Source: the human T2T-CHM13v2.0 reference genome, Homo sapiens. From it: 64,000 bases of DNA. Location of the stretch: assembly GCF_009914755.1 (NCBI RefSeq), contig NC_060927.1; one strand, given 5' to 3'. Both the position numbers and the translations under genes were made by a program. Every line of letters begins with the position of its first letter. Position 1 is the first letter of the stretch. A model generated the notes under the pieces. That model worked only from the letters and a program-made list of their open reading frames with translations, was not told where the DNA came from and ran no database searches. This document shows, piece after piece, positions 58,090 through 64,000 of the stretch.

Positions 58090-59240
58090 CAACCCGCGGG
58101 GAAAGGCTGGCGGGACGCCACACAGCACCTCGATTACGCCATTTCATTTGCCACTGCACCATCTATCGGACACTAGCTAGGCTCTTCCAGGACCGGACGC
58201 ACCTCCGTCCCCAAGGTGCCACCTGACAGCCAACACCGACGGGGTGATGCATGAATACAGTCATTATTCAAATTAGCTAAAACACCTAACTCATTCGGGT
58301 GAGTCTCGCCAGTCCCTCTGGGCTGACTGTCCCGCCCCGCGCTTACACCCGGGAGCGTCGGGCGGGAGAACTAGTGCATGCTGGCTGGGGATGGCGGACG
58401 CAAAGCCGGAGGCAAGGCCGCGCACGCGCAAACGCGGGCGCGCCGCCGGGCCGTGCTAGTGCGCGGAAGACGCATGCGCTGGCGGCCTGCGCCGCCTTAA
58501 GTGCCGCGCCAGCCCGGGGCGGCCCAGTCGGCCTGTCAGCCGGCTTCGAGATAAGTCCCGGCGCTTGCGCGGCGGCGGCTATGGCGGCGGAGGAGGAGGA
58601 GGTGGACTCTGCCGACACCGGAGAGAGGTAAGCGCAGCCGGCAGGGGGCTTCGTGTGTCTCCGGCGCGCACCCTCCGCGCGGGCCGGGTTAGGGCCCAGC
58701 GGGCAGCACCAAGGAGTCGCCGCCCGCCTGGCGACGACGGGCGGCTTCCTCGACCCTCCCCGGCATGAGTCCGCGCGGCGCCCAGAGGCGTCCCGGCGCC
58801 GCTCTGCCTGGGAGAGGCTCCCCTCAGCGTCGGGGCCCCGAGGTGTCTGAGCCGGACTCCGGCCGCGCCGGGAGGCCGCCTTGACCCCGCGCGGAGGGTC
58901 CGCCCCGTTGTTGTATAAGCCACCCCGCGGGCCGGCGACGGAGCTGGCCGCGGCGGCCGCACCGGCTCGGGCTCTGCCAAGGGACCCGGCCTGCCCCAAT
59001 GCCGCCGGCGGGCGGTGCCCGGTCGACCCTGCACCTGACTGCGAGGCGCGGGAAATGACCGGGTCTGTCAGCCTCCCATCGCGGCTTCCGTCTACAGGTA
59101 CTACCTGTGCTCTGTCCAGCCTCAGCCACTGGACGATCCTTCCCGTAGCCGTAGGAAGGGGCGGCGCTTCCTTGGAGGGGATATTAGAGGCCCGAATTCG
59201 CCCGGGAAGCGGCGGGAGGGCGGGGGTGCCGGGAAGGAGG
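58090..59240. promoter_or_regulatory. ABHD5: CpG-island promoter of ABHD5, likely bidirectional
   Basis: Very high GC and CpG content; NRF1-like gcgcacgcgc (58420) and cgcatgcgc (58471); ETS cggaag (58464); GC box at 59214-59226. Confidence 0.9.
58581..58627 (+). CDS. ABHD5: ABHD5 (CGI-58, ATGL co-activator) exon 1 coding part, 47 nt
   Basis: ggctATGG start; MAAEEEEVDSADTGER matches the recalled human ABHD5 N-terminus; phase-2 donor AG|gtaagc at 58628. Confidence 0.95.
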
Positions 59241-60209
59241 GAGGGGAGAAGGAGTGAGGGAAGTGGGTGTATGGCTGTGAGTTTCAGATACTTCATAGAA
59301 AGAAAGTTAGCCCTTAAGATAGAGATACACGTTCAAATGTCATAATTCATCTTTCGGATGAAGGTCTTTGGCTTGCAAGCTCCACTGTCCCTTATTTGTT
59401 TGCGCTTCTGGGATTATTCTGGCTTTACTGGCGAAGTGTGTGTTGCATGTGCCTTAGAAGAACACACATAATGTATAGGAAACTGTGGAAGTTGGAGGGC
59501 AGATGTCTAATGTGAAACTTTTTTATATACAGGTATAGTGAGTTTATTCTTTTCTACACCTAAATGACTTCTTGCACTTGTTAGTAGAAGAATAGTAGTT
59601 AATGAGTGGAATAATTAAATTGTTATGGAGGTTATTGCCTTGTTTCTCAAGGCCTGTCGTTTGTATTGGAAAGTAAACTTCCCCCATATATATTTAATTT
59701 TTTGACGTCGGTTCTACTTCAGACGTCTGGAGAAATTTGCCTAGGAAACATAACCTAAATGATAGAATATGGAGTACCATGAAGACAGGGATATTTGGAA
59801 AGATGTCATGGGGAAAAATTGTGAAATATTAGAAAGGAAGTTATTCTCTTGAGTTTTGTTTATTTGTTGAGGTTTGTTGATGAACTTCCTCGTTGCACTG
59901 AGGTGAAATGTTGAATGTCATGTGGACGCAAGTAGGAACGTAATTGGTAGGTTGTGTTCTCATCTTGTTTGTCACAACATTTTTGACTCTTGACACTACT
60001 TTCAGGTGGACTATTTGGTTTTGATGTAGTGGGGCCTTGGAGTCCAGGACACAATCGTGAAAGGGTTTTATGGCTTGGAGTGATGGTTGGAGGTCATTGG
60101 AGGTAGATGATTAAAAAATCCTTAGCAGCTGATCAGCCATAGTTTCTAGACAGAAGTGGGCTTCGCTGGTATTCTTGGCAATATGCTTTAGCAGTGTCCA
60201 GTGACTATC

Positions 60210-60395
60210 CCCAGAAGTGATCCTGTTAAATCCAAGGTTGCCCCTGTGTGCTGGGTATTATTGTTCCCATTTTGCAGTTGAAACTGCCACTGTAAAGGCT
60301 GCTAACAGCCTGCCAGCAAGTAGCAGGGCTGGATTGGAACCCTTTGTGGAACCCTTTGAGGTGTCTGGATTTAATCTAAGGTGCTTACCCTGTAT
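60210..60395 (-). mobile_element. MIR
   Basis: ggtattattgttcccattttgcagttgaaactg...ggctggattggaaccc. Confidence 0.6.
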
Positions 60396-60793
60396 CCCTG
60401 CTGCCTGTCACTGGAATTGGGACTCATGTGGGATGTTTGGCTCTTGTTTGAATACAGTTCCCTACCCTTAAGACATTTGAGGTTTAGATAGGGAGATAAC
60501 ATTAACAAAGGAAAGTTATAAAATGGTCATCTGATGGCTTTTTGGAGAATATGATTCTTGTCCTTTGCTTTGTGGCACTTAGTGAAGACAGGCATACTGG
60601 GATCCATTTTGCTTTCAACATCCAACCCCTTTCAGTTGCAATACAGTTGAGAAAGCTAAATGTAATGAGAGTAGAGTAGACTTCTGTGAATTGCTTTAAG
60701 TTGTCCTAGAGAATGATTTAGTGTCAATTGAGTTGAGAGAAAGCTGTCACAGAATTGCTCAGTTGCAGGGTAGACCATAAAAGAGGTGATTTG

Positions 60794-60989
60794 CAGTTGT
60801 GTGCTGGAGTTGATTTGTACCAGCAAGCCATTGCTAAATTTTCAGGAATTTTGCCAACGGTTGGCAGCTTGAAATTGGCCATGGTGGGAGTATTTACACC
60901 ACGGAAATCATCAAATGCTATAAATAAGGTATAAATAAGGGATTTTTCTCTCCCCTCCCTGCTTCAGTTTGTTTGCCAGCTCCCCACTG
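60794..60989. mobile_element. MER63A-like hAT MITE
   Basis: cagttgtgtgctggag ... gcttgaaattggccatggtgggagtatttacaccacggaaat ... ccagctccccactg. Confidence 0.75.
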
Positions 60990-61612
60990 GGTTTACATTA
61001 GACTGTGAATGTAGGTCTTTGCCTTGGAGATAGGAGAGTGGATTTCTCTATCTAATCTTTTTAAAAACTGGCAAGATATGTGCCTTTCTCTCTGCTGCCT
61101 TCTCTCCTTCCCAAACCTTTGCCACCTGATATCTTAAAAATCACAAAACTTTTCACTGCCACATCCCAATGGCCTTCTAGTTTTTTTCAGTACTTCTTCT
61201 TGGGTCCTTTTTGGTGTTTGTTACTGTAATGATAGCTACTACTTTTTGAAACTCTTATTAGACATTCTAGGTCTTAATGACATTTTGCCTTTTATCTTAC
61301 CTTACCTGACCAACAATAACTTTTATTAGTTTCTCCTCTTTTTTTTTTTTTGCATTCTCTAAATGTAGTCATTTTCCAAGATTCTGTCATCATCCTTGTT
61401 TTTATTTTTCATCTTGTTTACTCAAACGTGAACTGTCTTGTCTGTGGAGATGACTCAGATCTCATTTTCTTTCTGGAGCCCTCTTCTGTACTCTGGTAAT
61501 GTTTCTAATTGTCAGATGTTTGTGCCTGATTCCTCAAATTTAACATGTCCAGACCATGATCTTATTTTTACCTTCCTGCTCCTAAACTAAACGATATAAA
61601 AAGCTTAGTTCT

Positions 61613-61868
<256 letters not shown>

Positions 61869-62425
61869 TCAGTTCTTCCTCTTGAAACATTATATTGGCT
61901 TAATCATTGCCTTGACTAATTGTTAGATTATTAGTTTAATCTCATGGTTCTGTAATTCCCACTCCTGATTGTGAGTTACTAAAAAAAATCATATGGAGAG
62001 GTGATTTTATTAAAACTGATTATTCAGTTGAGACCTAGGATTTTTAGTTTTATTCTCTTTATTATCTAGTGAATGAACTTATTTTAGAACTGATGCAAAG
62101 AAATGTCACTGACTTGTTAAGTAGAGTACACCTGTGGCTTCTTCAAGTGTGTTTGATAATGAGGTCATATAAGTGACTCTAAAATGGTTTGTTTACTGTG
62201 TGAAGGAAGGTAGGAAACAATGGGGAGATACGTGTTACCAGCACATGGCTTGTCTAAAACACTTATACTACCAATCTGAGTCTTTAAAAGTTACAGGTTG
62301 GGGGGGGAGGGGCAGTTAAAACAGTATTAATTAATGTGTTAACATATATTAGAGGGCCTGGATTGTCATTGATCTAATAGTGATAATTTGAATCACTTAA
62401 GTATCATTTATCCAAAATAAAATGA

Positions 62426-62742
<317 letters not shown>

Positions 62743-64000
62743 ACGCTTTTTTCTTTTCTTTTTCTCTTTCCCAAGAATAGGATTTAAAAAGTCAATTCCC
62801 AAGAAAGGTCTTTATTTACCCAAGTGTTATAATTTCCAATTTGGATGTTTTTAGTCATTGGTTGAGGAAGTATCTCAGATAAATATAAATGTAAATATAA
62901 ATAAATGTATATATTCATACCTGTAATTCATTTGGATATTTATAATAAAAATCAAAGCCTCATGGTTTCTTTAAATGAGATAGAGAGCTGTGCTTAGGTT
63001 TATCAAGAGCAATAAGTTTATGTGATTTTTCTCTCTCAACTACTAGAATAGGAATGGAGGCCATTTTAAACAAAATTTTAATATAATGAAATCCTCTTTA
63101 CTTATAACCTAATTAGAAATATTAAGTGGCCAAGAGTGTATGGAAACTGGCCAGATTTCTGCATATTTTCTTCAGAATACTTCGAAACCTCTTTCACTGT
63201 TTCATAATGTTTATAGATTGTGCAATTCAGGTTTAGTAATACTGTAGATAGACAGATGTGTTAAAGAACAAAACAGAGATTACCAGGAAACTTAAGTGTT
63301 GATAGTATGGAGTATAAGTATGACATAATATTTTTTTAGAAGGATTACGTAAAAAGTTAATGGAAAAAGTGGTGTCTATCTCTCACTCAGGATACTTAAA
63401 GTCAGATTCTTAGGTAAAATATACTCTATTAATATGTTAAGCACATCTTACTTGGCTTTCCTTAGAATTGTCACCTCTGATGTGATCTTTTATAACTTTT
63501 CTTACTCAAAAGTCTGCTCACTAAAAAGATTCTTAGTTTGCACTACAATGGTTGTAAAACAAGAATCCTTTCTTTTTTTGTTTTTGTTTCTGTGATTAGA
63601 TGCTTTAGGGCTTATATCCTTTGCCTTGCTAATAAGGTAAGTGCCCAACTGATGGGGCTGTGTAGAAAACTTTTTGGCTTGCATTGGTAAGCTTTCCCCA
63701 TGTCATAGATGCTTACTATTAGAAAGCTATAGTTCCTGTGGTGAATGACTTCTCTTTGTATTACAGTTGACACTTTGGTCACTGTTGAATTTAGGCCTCA
63801 GTGATGGATGATAGTGTTTATTGCTTGTCTCCTTAAATAAAATAGAGAAGTTAGGTTTTGCTTTTCTATTTATTTTCCAAAGCTATGAGGAAGAGGCATT
63901 GAATCTAGTTTACTGTTTTATAGGTGGGCTGTGTGAATTTAATTTTTGCCTTGAATTTTGTGACCTCAGAAGAATGGCAGAATATCTGACAAGCTTCAGT

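Noticed and set aside
58343-59296. 317-aa minus-strand ORF and other long ORFs over the CpG island
   Set aside because: Low-complexity Ala/Arg/Pro/Gly content expected from stop-poor GC-rich DNA; no recognisable domain
59990-60110. Possible cassette exon after ctactttcag in ABHD5 intron 1
   Set aside because: Acceptor-like site but only weak donors and no coding similarity; cannot be supported without RNA data

Overview
Primate (very likely human) genomic DNA, mostly interspersed repeats, with no prokaryotic systems. The only protein-coding sequence I recognise is ABHD5 (CGI-58) exon 1: ATG at 58581, MAAEEEEVDSADTGER, donor at 58628, inside a CpG island at about 58090-59240. About 5.4 kb of ABHD5 intron 1 follows. 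From recalled gene order, not visible here, the upstream 58 kb is the interval toward ANO10, a minus-strand neighbour whose coding exons lie left of the window. That interval holds two full-length inactive L1PA elements, a repeat-expanded LTR12C, solo LTRs (LTR2, MER41A, MER50-like, MER89-like, LTR16, LTR33, LTR47-like), MaLR and MLT2 LTRs, DNA transposon fossils (MADE1, MER47A, MER63, MER3, MER5A1) and about 27 Alus. The most notable non-obvious items are (1) a heavily decayed, intronless alpha-tubulin pseudogene on the minus strand (54867-55926); (2) open ORF0-type antisense frames in both L1 5'UTRs; (3) several candidate minus-strand promoters (CpG island, two L1 antisense promoters, LTR12C) all facing the ANO10 side; (4) a palindromic pair of splice donors in ABHD5 intron 1. 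I found no evidence for a wholly new biological system. Repeat subfamily names come from recalled consensus sequences, and many boundaries are approximate.
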